Shown here piece after piece: positions 28,983 through 39,032 of a stretch of DNA of 64,000 nucleotides. A program made the position numbers and the translations under genes. Positions within the stretch are counted from its first letter, which is position 1. Each line of letters opens with the position of its first letter. The notes beneath the pieces were generated by a model, which was not told the origin of the DNA, ran no database searches, and saw only the letters and a program-made list of their open reading frames with translations. This DNA comes from a bacterium (lineage in GTDB: Bacteria > Margulisbacteria > Marinamargulisbacteria > SXXA01), in the NCBI GenBank assembly GCA_947465765.1, contig CANIAP010000005.1, positions 11,860-75,859 of the forward strand, in the 5' to 3' direction.

Positions 28983-30044
28983 TTACCACTCAAGCGTGCC
29001 GCTTTGGTATTCCTTGACCCGACCTTCGAAGAAGTTCACTTCGATCATGCTGCCTTGGGTCAACTCATCAATCCACGGAAATGGATTTTGGCTGTTCCAT
29101 ACTTTAGGTAGACCTAGGCACATCAATCGGACGTCACCGACAAACTGAAGGTATTCTCTAAGGTTCTCCGGAGTCAGGCCTAATATGCCTTCCTGGACAC
29201 AGGATGCACCCCATTGATACTCCATTTCGACGGCATCCTTGATGTTGTCGGTAATGCGTTGCTGAAATTCTGGAGTCCACAGCTCAGGTTGTTCTTCTTT
29301 AATGGTATTTGAAATATGGATAAATAACTTCAAATGCATATCTTCATCCCGATTGATGAACTGAATCATTTCTGCACTGCCGGGCATTTTATTGTTTCGG
29401 CGTAACACGTAAAAAATAAGGAACGCACTATAAAAATAGATGCCTTCAATAATGATATTTCCAATACAGGCTTCTAAAAACATTTGATCGGAATCAAAAG
29501 TTCCGGTCTTGAATGCGGGATCGGCAATTTTACTAACGGCTTTTAAGACGATCTGATTTTTGTCATAGAGGTCTTTGTCGGTACGATACATGCCATAGAT
29601 TTGTTCAGGATCCAGTGCTAACGCTTCTACTAGTGTCGCATAGCTTACGACGTGCAGCGCTTCCTCATAGGTTTGGCGGGTGATTGCAAGAATAATTTCA
29701 GGGCTCGTAATGTGTCGGATAATATTGCAAGCAAGGTTATTGGTTTGCAACCCATCAAGATTCGATACAAACGCAAGACTCCGTTCATAAACGCGTCGTT
29801 CCTTGTCGGTGATTACGTTGTCCGCATTCCATTGATTGACATCCATTTGCATTGGGATTTCTTGAGGTACCCACGTATTTTTAATCATGGTTTCAAAAAT
29901 CTCATACGCCCAGGGATGCTTTAGTGGAGAAACCTGCATTAATCCATCATCGTAGCCGTTAATGACCCTACGGTTGTTAATGATTTCGGCATTGGATAGC
30001 TTGTTGTATTTAAAATCGGCTTGAAATAGATCGGTTAAGGACAT
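28983..30044 (-). CDS. nrdB: Ribonucleoside-diphosphate reductase beta subunit (class Ia type, radical Tyr present)
   Basis: Di-iron ligand pattern: YEEALHVVSY (E-x-x-H-x-x-x-Y with Tyr at H+4), IIEGIYFYSAF and RDEDMHL. Confidence 0.93.
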   Translation of the reverse strand: MSLTDLFQADFKYNKLSNAEIINNRRVINGYDDGLMQVSPLKHPWAYEIFETMIKNTWVPQEIPMQMDVNQWNADNVITDKERRVYERSLAFVSNLDGLQTNNLACNIIRHITSPEIILAITRQTYEEALHVVSYATLVEALALDPEQIYGMYRTDKDLYDKNQIVLKAVSKIADPAFKTGTFDSDQMFLEACIGNIIIEGIYFYSAFLIFYVLRRNNKMPGSAEMIQFINRDEDMHLKLFIHISNTIKEEQPELWTPEFQQRITDNIKDAVEMEYQWGASCVQEGILGLTPENLREYLQFVGDVRLMCLGLPKVWNSQNPFPWIDELTQGSMIEVNFFEGRVKEYQSGTLEW

Positions 30045-30063
30045 TGTATACTCCTAAAAGTGG

Positions 30064-32832
30064 TTACTGGCACGCTTCGCATTCGATATCGATTTCCGTG
30101 GGCAGTTGGGATGGGTAGTCGGTTGACGATACCTTCATTATAAGGTCGACGTCCGGCATAATGGTCGGTTGAGGCAGTGTGTCTTTTTCGACGCTGACCG
30201 TAGCCTTGGATACTTGAGACGCGCCAAGGGTCCGAAGGTAATAGGTGGTTTTGAGACCCTTTTCCCAGGCCTGAGTATAGATGTCGCTCAAGGCTTTTCC
30301 GCTGGTGGTGGACATGAAGATATTGGTGGACGCAGATTGATCGATCCATTTCCCTCTTCGGGCAGCGGCATCGACGATCCAGTGGGAATTAATTTCAAAC
30401 GTTTCTTTATATTTTTCCTTCAATCGCCGGGGTAGTTCGTTGATATCACGAATTGATCCATTATTGAGCTTGATCTTGCCGAGGATATCGGAATCCCACA
30501 AGCCCATTTTTTCCAGGTCATCGATCAAATATCGGTTGATAACGACAAAGTTGCCGGATAAATTCTCTTTCATGTAGATATTCTTAAATGCCGGTTCAGT
30601 ACACGGATACACTCCGGAAATATTGGCGATGGTTGCGGTGGGTGCAATGGCCATTGTGTTGGAATTTCGCATCCCATTCGTTTGTACAAACTGCCTTAGT
30701 GTATCCCAATCCATTCGTTGAACATGGGAAATGTCGATGGGGCGGCCCCGTTCTTTCTCAAGAAGCCCAATGGTGTCGTAAGGGAAAATTCCACGCGACC
30801 ATTTGCTGCCAGGGTATGATTCATACGGGCCTCGCTCGGCGGCCAATTCTGAGCTGGAGCGAATCGCGTAATACGAAATCATTTCCATGGAGTGATCGGC
30901 GAATTCTAAATTTTCTTCAGAATCAAATGCGATATCCATTTGGTATAACGCATCTTGATAGCCCATGAGGCCGAGGCCGACGGCGCGATGAAGAAAATTT
31001 GCATTGGCTGCCTCAGGAGTAGGGTAGAAATTGTTGTCGATGACATTATCCAACATCCGAATTCCAATTCGGATGGTTTTTGATATTTTGGCTTCGTCTA
31101 GTCGGCCATCTTTGATCATATTGGCCAAGTTAATACTGGCGAGATTGCATACTGCAGTCTCTGCATTAGAGGTGTTGAGTGTGATTTCCGTACACAGATT
31201 AGACGAGTGGATAACACCGACGTGATCTTGAGGGTTTCGAACATTTGCAGCATCTTTAAACGTGATCCATGGGTGACCGGTTTCATACAGCATGGTCAGC
31301 ATTTTTTTCCACAAGTCCAACGCTTTCAATGTTTTTGCTCGTGGTATGCCAGATGTTTCGTAGTGGGCATAGCGGGCTTCAAATGCACTGCCATACAGAT
31401 CGTGAAGATCGGGAACATCGGATGGACAGAACAGTGTCCAGTCTCCGTTTTCTAAAACCCGTTTCATGAATAAATCAGGTATCCATGCCGCAGTATTGAT
31501 GTCGTGGGCCCGTCGTCGTTCATCGCCAGTGTTTTTCTTGAGCTCTAAAAATTGCTCAAAATCAGCGTGCCATACTTCGAGGTAGGCACACATGGCGCCT
31601 TTTCGCTTGCCGCCTTGGTTAACCGCTAGGGCAACATCGTTAAAGATCTTAATAAATGGAATAACACCCTGAGAGGATCCGTTGGTCCCTTTTATTTTAG
31701 AGCCTGTGCCACGAACTCGAGTCCAATCGGTTCCAATTCCGCCGGCCCATTTACTTAAAAATGCGTTGTCGGAATATGTTTTGAAAATTCCAGACAGAGA
31801 ATCATCGACTGTATTGAGGTAACACGAACTCATTTGGCTATGAAGTGTGCCGCTATTAAATAGGGTAGGGGTGGATGACACTAAATCCAGGCTGGAAAGA
31901 ATTGAATAAAATTCGATGGCCCGTTCTTCTCGATTGACTTCTTTAATTGCCAATCCCATGGCAACCCGCATCCAAAACCACTGAGGAAGTTCAAACGGAG
32001 TCGTGTCATATGACCGATCTTGGATGAGGTAACGGTCGATTAGGATTTGAATCCCTTGGAACATGAACAATTTGTCTCGTTGTGGGTGTAGTGCCGCTGC
32101 GATCCGATCCAAATCAAATGTTCCAAGCTCGGGAGTCATTAATTCAAGTTCGATGGCCTTGTGAATGTAGTTTGCAAATTCACTTCGATAGGCAGTGTCC
32201 AATTTGACGGTATTCATTGGTTCGCCAAGTACTTTTTTGTACAGGTCGTTAATTGCGATTCGGGCAGCGAGATACGCATATTCGTAATGGCGTTCAATCC
32301 GTTCCCGGGCAGCGCCGAGGACTAAGAGTTCGATTTCGCGGATAGGAATACGGTCGTACACTTGCTTGGTGACTGCCTCGACCATTTCTGTAATCGATAC
32401 GCGCATAAGATCAGGGGCCAACTGACGTAAATTCTCCTCAACGTTGATCGGGTTAAAGATGACGGTTTCTGCATTATTAATAATGACTTCGAGTTTTTTT
32501 TCTCGAATACGAGTCTGAATTTGTTGAAAACGTTCTTGTTTGTGAAGTTCTCTGTAAAGAATGTAACGCTTGGCAACTTTATGGTGGCCACGCAGCATTA
32601 AGATTTCTTCAACGAGATCCTGAACAAATTCAACTTGAGCGGTGTTCGCGTCGCCGATATTTTCGTTTACTTTGGAGGTTACCTCTTCGGATAAAGACTT
32701 GGCACCCTCTGGATTGGACACATTTTCTGATAAAAACGCCTTGTGAATTGCAATCTCAATTCGTTTTTGGTCAAATGCGACTTTTTCCCCGTTGCGCTTA
32801 ATAATAAAGCTAATTCCGATTTCCCGTGTCAT
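30064..32832 (-). CDS. nrdA: Ribonucleoside-diphosphate reductase alpha subunit with N-terminal ATP-cone
   Basis: ATP-cone (IIKRNGEKVAFDQKRIEIAI...), catalytic NLCTEI, and C-terminal redox pair CEAC. At 922 aa it is longer than the 761-aa E. coli enzyme, and the extra N-terminal segment may be a second, degenerate cone. Confidence 0.95.
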   Translation of the reverse strand: MTREIGISFIIKRNGEKVAFDQKRIEIAIHKAFLSENVSNPEGAKSLSEEVTSKVNENIGDANTAQVEFVQDLVEEILMLRGHHKVAKRYILYRELHKQERFQQIQTRIREKKLEVIINNAETVIFNPINVEENLRQLAPDLMRVSITEMVEAVTKQVYDRIPIREIELLVLGAARERIERHYEYAYLAARIAINDLYKKVLGEPMNTVKLDTAYRSEFANYIHKAIELELMTPELGTFDLDRIAAALHPQRDKLFMFQGIQILIDRYLIQDRSYDTTPFELPQWFWMRVAMGLAIKEVNREERAIEFYSILSSLDLVSSTPTLFNSGTLHSQMSSCYLNTVDDSLSGIFKTYSDNAFLSKWAGGIGTDWTRVRGTGSKIKGTNGSSQGVIPFIKIFNDVALAVNQGGKRKGAMCAYLEVWHADFEQFLELKKNTGDERRRAHDINTAAWIPDLFMKRVLENGDWTLFCPSDVPDLHDLYGSAFEARYAHYETSGIPRAKTLKALDLWKKMLTMLYETGHPWITFKDAANVRNPQDHVGVIHSSNLCTEITLNTSNAETAVCNLASINLANMIKDGRLDEAKISKTIRIGIRMLDNVIDNNFYPTPEAANANFLHRAVGLGLMGYQDALYQMDIAFDSEENLEFADHSMEMISYYAIRSSSELAAERGPYESYPGSKWSRGIFPYDTIGLLEKERGRPIDISHVQRMDWDTLRQFVQTNGMRNSNTMAIAPTATIANISGVYPCTEPAFKNIYMKENLSGNFVVINRYLIDDLEKMGLWDSDILGKIKLNNGSIRDINELPRRLKEKYKETFEINSHWIVDAAARRGKWIDQSASTNIFMSTTSGKALSDIYTQAWEKGLKTTYYLRTLGASQVSKATVSVEKDTLPQPTIMPDVDLIMKVSSTDYPSQLPTEIDIECEACQ

Positions 32833-32909
32833 AAAGACGCTCCCTAAAATGAATGGTGTAAGATAAGTTGTCCAATAAATTTCTTGGGAATAGAGAGGGG
32901 CGTAGCGGA

Positions 32910-32929
32910 TCGATAATGTACTTTATCGA
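32910..32929. promoter_or_regulatory. 20-bp near-perfect palindrome in the nrdA upstream region (candidate operator)
   Basis: TCGATAATGTACTTTATCGA has 9 of 10 symmetric pairs. On the minus strand it overlaps a candidate -10 (TACATT) that lies 19 nt downstream of TTGACT. Confidence 0.35.
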
Positions 32930-33073
32930 CCTGCGGTGTAGTCAAAATTCTTTGGATTTTTTAGTGGAGATGACCGAGGAAATCGTGTGTGAACGGATTT
33001 AGAACCTCGCGTTTCTATTCTATTAAAAAACCGCCACCAAATCAATGCTTTGATTCTGATACTTAGTATCAAA

Positions 33074-34117
33074 TTAAGCGTGTGTAAGATATTTTTTTAA
33101 AAATCGATTTATTGAAATTTCATCATCGATTGGCGTGTTGTTAATGATCGATTTTGATAGTTGGGACGCGATAAATGGGGCAATTTGAGTCCCCTTTGAT
33201 CCCAGTCCTGAGGCCACCCAATGTGTCGAATGAATGGGGTGCTGACCGATAACTGGTCTAGAGTCAGGCATGATGCTCCGTGTCCCTGATTCTGTGCGTG
33301 TAACCTGTGTTTTAATTCCAGGAATTATGGATTGGATATGTGCCAAAATCGCTCTGTAGCCGGTCTCTGTTGGGGGATGAAATAGGTCGTCCCACGCGTA
33401 AGTAGCGCCTGCGCGATAGCCACCGGATTTCATGGGTGAAATCCAATTGCCATTATTTAAAATGGCGTCAGTATGAAAGTCGGGGGCGTCGAAAATAATG
33501 GTTTCTCCTCGAGAATTTCGAAATGGAAGCCAGGAAAAATGGTGGGATAGATGGGCATATGCGCCCGTGCAGTGAATGGTGGCTTTGACCGGTAGATTCT
33601 CAAGAAACGAAGGCTCTGGGTTGAGGAGTAACTGATTCGATTCAATAAAATGCTGGCGCAATGAATGAATTAATTGACCAACATCGATGTGATAACCGCC
33701 CTGAATGCTCACTCCGCCATACGGGGCCGCGACGTCCGGATGTGGGGAGTCATTAAAGAGGGTGGTGATATAGGGGGCGAGGGTGCCCGAAGTATTTTTT
33801 TTGTGAAATGTGTCGCTGTCGATGGTATCCCTAAAGAGCCGGTAGATCGTGCGTGGGGTAATCAACGGATGTCCAATTAACGATGATAGGTTTTGGTATA
33901 CGGACAGCGCATCAGCGGTGGTTTTCTCATACCGCCATGATAATGCAAATCGTTGGCCTGAAATGGGGTCCATCATCCCTGCGGATACCAAGGAACTGCA
34001 TCGACGAGGCGCAAATTCGGCAATTGCAACTGATGCGCCCAGTGCTTGAAGCTCCAACGCAAGAAGGGATCCCAACAATCCTTGACCTAAAATAAGGAAG
34101 TCGGGACGAAGCGTCAT
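33074..34117 (-). CDS. FAD-dependent oxidoreductase (DAO/glycine-oxidase-like family)
   Basis: N-terminal dinucleotide fold DFLILGQGLLGSLLALEL..G..V. Length and C-terminal GLGSKG are typical of DAO-family enzymes. Substrate unknown. ATGA overlap with the upstream gene. Confidence 0.75.
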   Translation of the reverse strand: MTLRPDFLILGQGLLGSLLALELQALGASVAIAEFAPRRCSSLVSAGMMDPISGQRFALSWRYEKTTADALSVYQNLSSLIGHPLITPRTIYRLFRDTIDSDTFHKKNTSGTLAPYITTLFNDSPHPDVAAPYGGVSIQGGYHIDVGQLIHSLRQHFIESNQLLLNPEPSFLENLPVKATIHCTGAYAHLSHHFSWLPFRNSRGETIIFDAPDFHTDAILNNGNWISPMKSGGYRAGATYAWDDLFHPPTETGYRAILAHIQSIIPGIKTQVTRTESGTRSIMPDSRPVIGQHPIHSTHWVASGLGSKGTQIAPFIASQLSKSIINNTPIDDEISINRFLKKYLTHA

Positions 34118-35676
34118 CCGGTGAGTGGGGTGCGAATGAGTGTTCCGTCCAGGGTGTGAATGAGTTCCTCATCTTTTAAGGCAATATGGCTCAAGTGGAG
34201 TCCTTCCGGGTGAGTGGTACTAATCCATACTTCTCCGGAAATGGAGACTTCGGGCCCAAAATGAACGGCTCCCGATACCTCTAATGACCGACATCGAAGT
34301 AGTGACGGAATATGGGGTACGAGTTGATCGAATGCCGAGACCGATTGATAGGCCGTGCCGAGTTGGATATCTGGCAAGCCGCGTCGGGTACGATGTCGTG
34401 AAATACGGACTTCGCCTGATGGTAATTTCTCCGTGACATCGGATCGGAGCAACATCAGATCTGCGACTGACTTAACCGGCATAAATCGATTGCGGGGCAC
34501 GACTACCGATGCGCTGCGGTCGAATAGACTGATGGCGGATCCCATGGCGGATTCCAATTGATCGACCCGAACTCCGTGGACTGTTTTGGGATTCACAATG
34601 AGAGGGAGGTCCATATCCATTTTTTGAAGTCTCGCATTGATTTTGGTGAGGTCGAGCCAAATATTGTTGGTATTAAAAATTTGGAAACGATTGATGTTCT
34701 CAAATTCTGAATTTTGGTCAGCAGACACTTGGGCCCGTTCCAATAAAAATAGACGATTGTGATGGCGTACGAGGGTTCCCCCTTTTCGGTCTGACGGCGT
34801 TTTTGGGGTCGTTTCCATCAGAAAATCAAGTTGATTACGAATCATATAGCCCAAAATCTTGAGATCAATGCTGGCCCCAAGGTTATCTGAATTTGATACA
34901 AAGAGATATCGAATCCCTTGGTCAATGAGCGATTGAAGCGTCCCTGATGATATTAATGCGGCATAGAGATCCCCATGGCCGGGTGGGTTCCATTCGGCGT
35001 TAATGTCGTTCTTAAACTGGACCGGTTCTCCCGTCCGGACATCAATTCGAGGGACCTGGTGCTGCTTAAGGCTAACAAAGGGTAACCGGTTACCCATTAA
35101 GTCCTCGGTGGCGGCCTCAGTGTGATAGCTATTTAGCAAGATGAGGGGGATTTGACAGTGGTATTGGGTTTGAAGCGCCACGATTTGATCGACGATAAAA
35201 TCTAGAAAGTTGCGTGTGCCATCGACAGCAATCGCAGACTTGGGTCCTGTGCACCCCATCGTGGTTCCCAATCCCCCATTCAGTTTCAAAAAACCAACTG
35301 TGGATATGGCCGTTTCACCCGCGTCAAAATCCTCAGTGGTGAGCTTGGCGTAGGGGACAACGTCTCCTAATTCTAACTGTTGGACTTCGTCTAGATCGAT
35401 AAGGCCTCGATCCCCCAAGAAATAGTTTAGGAGCATTCCAGTAAATTGAACCTTAATCAATTCCGGGGCTTCAATCTGAGATAGCTTTTGAAGATGATCG
35501 GGTAATACGATTTTAAGTTTCTCAACGACCCGCTGGGCATCCAATTGAGGTAAATTTTGGATTTGGAAAATAAAATCGTCCAGAAATTGGTGGGCTTTCA
35601 ACTTAGATTCATGAGTTGAAAACAACGGGAGAATGATGGCGGTTAATTCGTTACTCAGAAAGTGGGGTGTCAACAT
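34114..35676 (-). CDS. UTP--glucose-1-phosphate uridylyltransferase family protein (UDPGP, eukaryote-type sugar-1-phosphate pyrophosphorylase)
   Basis: Diagnostic UDPGP motif KLNGGLGTTMGCTGPKS, then LNSYHT, NPPGHGD, FVSNSDNLGA and FNTNNIWL. I prefer the ATG at 35676 (10 nt after the priA stop) to the TTG at 35715. Confidence 0.8.
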   Translation of the reverse strand: MLTPHFLSNELTAIILPLFSTHESKLKAHQFLDDFIFQIQNLPQLDAQRVVEKLKIVLPDHLQKLSQIEAPELIKVQFTGMLLNYFLGDRGLIDLDEVQQLELGDVVPYAKLTTEDFDAGETAISTVGFLKLNGGLGTTMGCTGPKSAIAVDGTRNFLDFIVDQIVALQTQYHCQIPLILLNSYHTEAATEDLMGNRLPFVSLKQHQVPRIDVRTGEPVQFKNDINAEWNPPGHGDLYAALISSGTLQSLIDQGIRYLFVSNSDNLGASIDLKILGYMIRNQLDFLMETTPKTPSDRKGGTLVRHHNRLFLLERAQVSADQNSEFENINRFQIFNTNNIWLDLTKINARLQKMDMDLPLIVNPKTVHGVRVDQLESAMGSAISLFDRSASVVVPRNRFMPVKSVADLMLLRSDVTEKLPSGEVRISRHRTRRGLPDIQLGTAYQSVSAFDQLVPHIPSLLRCRSLEVSGAVHFGPEVSISGEVWISTTHPEGLHLSHIALKDEELIHTLDGTLIRTPLTG

Positions 35677-35686
35677 AAGCCGAAAA

Positions 35687-37645
35687 TCATAGTATCGATT
35701 GGGGATCAAAATCAACGATAACTCGAATTCCGCGTTGCGGACCCGGAACTTTTCGGAGAATATCCCTGATTTCGTCGGTGTGATGGGGCATGGTTTTAAC
35801 CAAAATATGCCATCGGGTTTGGCCTTTGATCATCGCAACGGGTGCGGGTTGGGCGGGCATCACAAAGAATCCGTGAGGGTCTAATGACTCCGTGAGTAAT
35901 GCATGAATCGTACGGGCCCAGAGTGAGACCCCGTCAGCCTTGGCTCCGGAAAAGATAATGTTGACGAGTTCCGTGAATGGAGGATATCTCAACGGCTTTC
36001 TGAACCCCAATTCAGTGGTATAAAATCGGTCGAAATCGTGGTCCAATGCAGATGCGATTGCATAGTGTCCCGGTTTGGCAGTTTGAATATAGACGTCTCC
36101 AGGAAGTTCCCCACGACCGGCACGACCGGCCACCTGAGTAATTAACTGAAAGGTTCGTTCTCCCGCCCTGAAATCGGGGATCCCAAGGGATGCGTCAATT
36201 CCGACAATTCCAACCACCGTCACTAGGGGAATGTCGTGGCCTTTGGCGATCATTTGAGTACCGATTAAGATATCCCCAGAGGCACGGAATTCATCCATGA
36301 TTTCGCTGATTCGATTGGCATGCGTTCCCGTGTCACGATCCAACCGTAAAATTGATGATTCCGGCAATAATTTTCGAAGTTCGAATTCTACTTTTTGGAT
36401 GGCGGCGCCTGCGATAGCGAGTGACCCTTTTTGGCAGGACGGGCATCGCAGCGGCAGGGGTGTTTGGGTGAAGCACCGATGGCATCGAAGGATACGATCT
36501 GAATGGTAGGTATAGCCAAGTTCGCATTGCGGGCAGGTGACGGGATTGCGGCATTTTTGGCACATAATCGTTGGGGCATACCCACGGCGATTGACGAGGA
36601 CAATGGCTTTCTCTCCTTTGGCAGATGCGATACGTAATGCATCGGCGAGGGGGCGACCGATGACACTGTCATCGGGAAATAGGTCTCTGTCACGTGTGTC
36701 TGAGATATGGTGGGTTGCCATGGGTCTATTCATGATTCGATGAGGTAACTGAAGTAGTTGAGAACCCCCTGATCGGGCGTGAAACATTTGCTCCAGAGTG
36801 GGGGTGGCCGACCCAAATATCAGCGGAATTTGAGCGATTTCAGCCCTCTTTTTGGCGACTTGGAGCGTATCATATCGCGGATGTTGATCTTGTTTATATG
36901 ACCCGTCATGACATTCATCTACGATAATGACGCCTAAATTGTGAAGCGGAGAAAATATCGCAGACCGAGGGCCAATAACGACCTGAATTTCTCCGGAATA
37001 GATTTGATTCCACGTGGTGGTTCGTTGTTTGGGTGTTAATCCGGAGTGGAGGATCGCAACATGGGTACCCAGTCGGCTTTGGAATATCCGGCTGACTTGA
37101 GGGGTGAGCGAAATTTCGGGGACTAAGACAATGGCCGACTTTCCAGCAACTTTCATTTGACGGGCAATTTCAAGGTAAATCTCTGTTTTTCCACTGCCTG
37201 TGACACCATGAATCAAAAATTCTTTATACGTGTTTTGGGACATAATTGCTTCAACAGTCTGGGTCTGTAAGTTCGATAATGTAAGGAGTGAAATCTCTGG
37301 ATCTGAGTATTCCGAAGGCGCCACTGCCCTAAGCCGATGGCTACCGACAATGGTTTGAATGGCTTTGTCTGGGGTGGTCAGATAGTGGGAGATGAACCAC
37401 TCGATGAGTTCGAGCTGATCGGGCCGAATTGTGGGGCGTTTTGGATCAATTGCGATGATTGATTTAAGCTGAATAGGAGTCTTCCCTGCCGCCTCAAGTC
37501 GAATAACGATGCCTGGAGCGATGGAGGCTCCCAGTGGGACAGTAACGGGGGTTCCTGGCCCCACGTGGAATAAATTTTCAGGGATCTCGTACGTATACAG
37601 ATCCCGGACGCCGCGCAAAATCGCGACGGAGGCCACCATTCCCAT
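35687..37645 (-). CDS. priA: Primosomal protein N' (replication restart helicase PriA)
   Basis: Walker A GVTGSGKTEIY, DECHD, and a Cys-rich zinc insertion (CQKCRNPVTCPQC...CHRC...CPSC). The ATG at 37645 lies 5 nt after the argC stop, whereas the track start at 37717 is inside argC. Confidence 0.92.
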   Translation of the reverse strand: MGMVASVAILRGVRDLYTYEIPENLFHVGPGTPVTVPLGASIAPGIVIRLEAAGKTPIQLKSIIAIDPKRPTIRPDQLELIEWFISHYLTTPDKAIQTIVGSHRLRAVAPSEYSDPEISLLTLSNLQTQTVEAIMSQNTYKEFLIHGVTGSGKTEIYLEIARQMKVAGKSAIVLVPEISLTPQVSRIFQSRLGTHVAILHSGLTPKQRTTTWNQIYSGEIQVVIGPRSAIFSPLHNLGVIIVDECHDGSYKQDQHPRYDTLQVAKKRAEIAQIPLIFGSATPTLEQMFHARSGGSQLLQLPHRIMNRPMATHHISDTRDRDLFPDDSVIGRPLADALRIASAKGEKAIVLVNRRGYAPTIMCQKCRNPVTCPQCELGYTYHSDRILRCHRCFTQTPLPLRCPSCQKGSLAIAGAAIQKVEFELRKLLPESSILRLDRDTGTHANRISEIMDEFRASGDILIGTQMIAKGHDIPLVTVVGIVGIDASLGIPDFRAGERTFQLITQVAGRAGRGELPGDVYIQTAKPGHYAIASALDHDFDRFYTTELGFRKPLRYPPFTELVNIIFSGAKADGVSLWARTIHALLTESLDPHGFFVMPAQPAPVAMIKGQTRWHILVKTMPHHTDEIRDILRKVPGPQRGIRVIVDFDPQSIL

Positions 37646-37650
37646 CTTGT

Positions 37651-38661
37651 TTATAAATAAGGGGCGATAAGTGGTAGCCCGAGGGTTTCTTCGAATCCAA
37701 AGCCCAAATTCATACATTGAATGGCTTGACCTGAAGCCCCCTTAATGAGGTTGTCTAGCGCCGAAAATACCACAATTTTATTGAGAGTCGGGATGGATTT
37801 GAAACTGATCATGCAGCAATTGCTCCCTGCGACGTACTTTGTACTTGGGGTTTTCAGTCCCGTTGCCAAGGTAACAAATGGCGCGTCCGCGTAGGTCTGC
37901 GTATAGATATCAATGAGCTCTGATTCTGTAATCGACCCATCAACATACATCGTCGATAATATGCCTCGGTTCATTGGTACCAAATGCGGTGAAAATAATA
38001 CATTAACCCCTAAAAGGGTTTCCATTTCGGGAGTGTGCCGGTGAGTTGCTGTACCATAGGCTGAAAAGGATTCATTGGTTTCGCAATATAAGTGGGACTC
38101 TTTGAGTCCGCGTCCGGCACCCGATACCCCTGATTTGGAATCTGCGATTACTGGGGAATTGAGGAGGCCGGCCTGAGCCAACGGATAGAGACCGAGCATC
38201 ACCGACGTTGCATAGCAGCCAGGACATGCCACGTAACGTGCGGTTCGAATGGCGTCCTTATACACCTCGGGGAGGCCGAGTGGAATGGTCCCGAGAAGGT
38301 CGGGTCGGGTATGGGTTTCCCCATAATAGGTAGCGTAATCATTGGCGGTAACGAGGCGAAAATCAGCAGATAAGTCGATGACTTTGACACCCGCCGTCAT
38401 TAACAGGTCGTAGTGATTTTGTGCTTGTCCATGAGGTAACGCCAGAAAGACAAGATCGACATCTAACAGCGTCGATTCTTTGAGTGGGTCTAAAGTCAAT
38501 TCCAATCGACCCAACAACTGGGGATAGATCTGACTGATTTTTATCCCTACTTGGGATTTTGAATATAATCGAGTGATATGGACGTGGGGATGGCTACTGA
38601 GTAACCGAATAAGTTCGAGCCCGGTGTACCCTGAGGCACCAGCAATCCCCACACGAATCAT
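37651..38661 (-). CDS. argC: N-acetyl-gamma-glutamyl-phosphate reductase
   Basis: GASGYTGLELIRLL NAD(P) fold and the active-site PGCYATS. ATGA overlap with rplS. Confidence 0.93.
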   Translation of the reverse strand: MIRVGIAGASGYTGLELIRLLSSHPHVHITRLYSKSQVGIKISQIYPQLLGRLELTLDPLKESTLLDVDLVFLALPHGQAQNHYDLLMTAGVKVIDLSADFRLVTANDYATYYGETHTRPDLLGTIPLGLPEVYKDAIRTARYVACPGCYATSVMLGLYPLAQAGLLNSPVIADSKSGVSGAGRGLKESHLYCETNESFSAYGTATHRHTPEMETLLGVNVLFSPHLVPMNRGILSTMYVDGSITESELIDIYTQTYADAPFVTLATGLKTPSTKYVAGSNCCMISFKSIPTLNKIVVFSALDNLIKGASGQAIQCMNLGFGFEETLGLPLIAPYL

Positions 38662-39029
38662 GACGCGATTATTTGTTTTTCTTTGGCTTTCATACGGTTC
38701 GCTTTAGCGCCCACTCGGTCACGTAGATAGTGGAGTCGTGCGCGACGTGCGATACCTTCTTTGATAACAAGAACGCTTTCGATCAATGGTGAATGAAGTA
38801 GAAACGTTTTTTCTACTCCAATTTTGTCGATGATCCGTCGAACGGTGAAACTTTCACGAATTCGTGTTCCGGTCTTTTTAACAACGGTACCTTCAAATTT
38901 TTGAACCCGTCGTTTTTTTCCTTCAATGATCGCGGTTGCAACCACTACAGTATCCCCTACGTTAAAGCGGGGAACATTTTCTTTTAACTGACTATTTTCG
39001 ATTTGCTCGATAATTTGAGAAGAGGACAT
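38658..39029 (-). CDS. rplS: 50S ribosomal protein L19
   Basis: FNVGDTVVV, RVQKFEGTVVKK, ESFTVRRI. Size and position after trmD also fit. Confidence 0.95.
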   Translation of the reverse strand: MSSSQIIEQIENSQLKENVPRFNVGDTVVVATAIIEGKKRRVQKFEGTVVKKTGTRIRESFTVRRIIDKIGVEKTFLLHSPLIESVLVIKEGIARRARLHYLRDRVGAKANRMKAKEKQIIAS

Positions 39030-39032
39030 GAC

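Noticed and set aside
32910-32929. Interpreting the nrdA-upstream palindrome as an NrdR box.
   Set aside because: The sequence TCGATAAAGTACATTATCGA does not match the remembered NrdR consensus. I also could not find the usual second box at a spacing of about 31-32 bp. It is kept only as an unassigned operator candidate.
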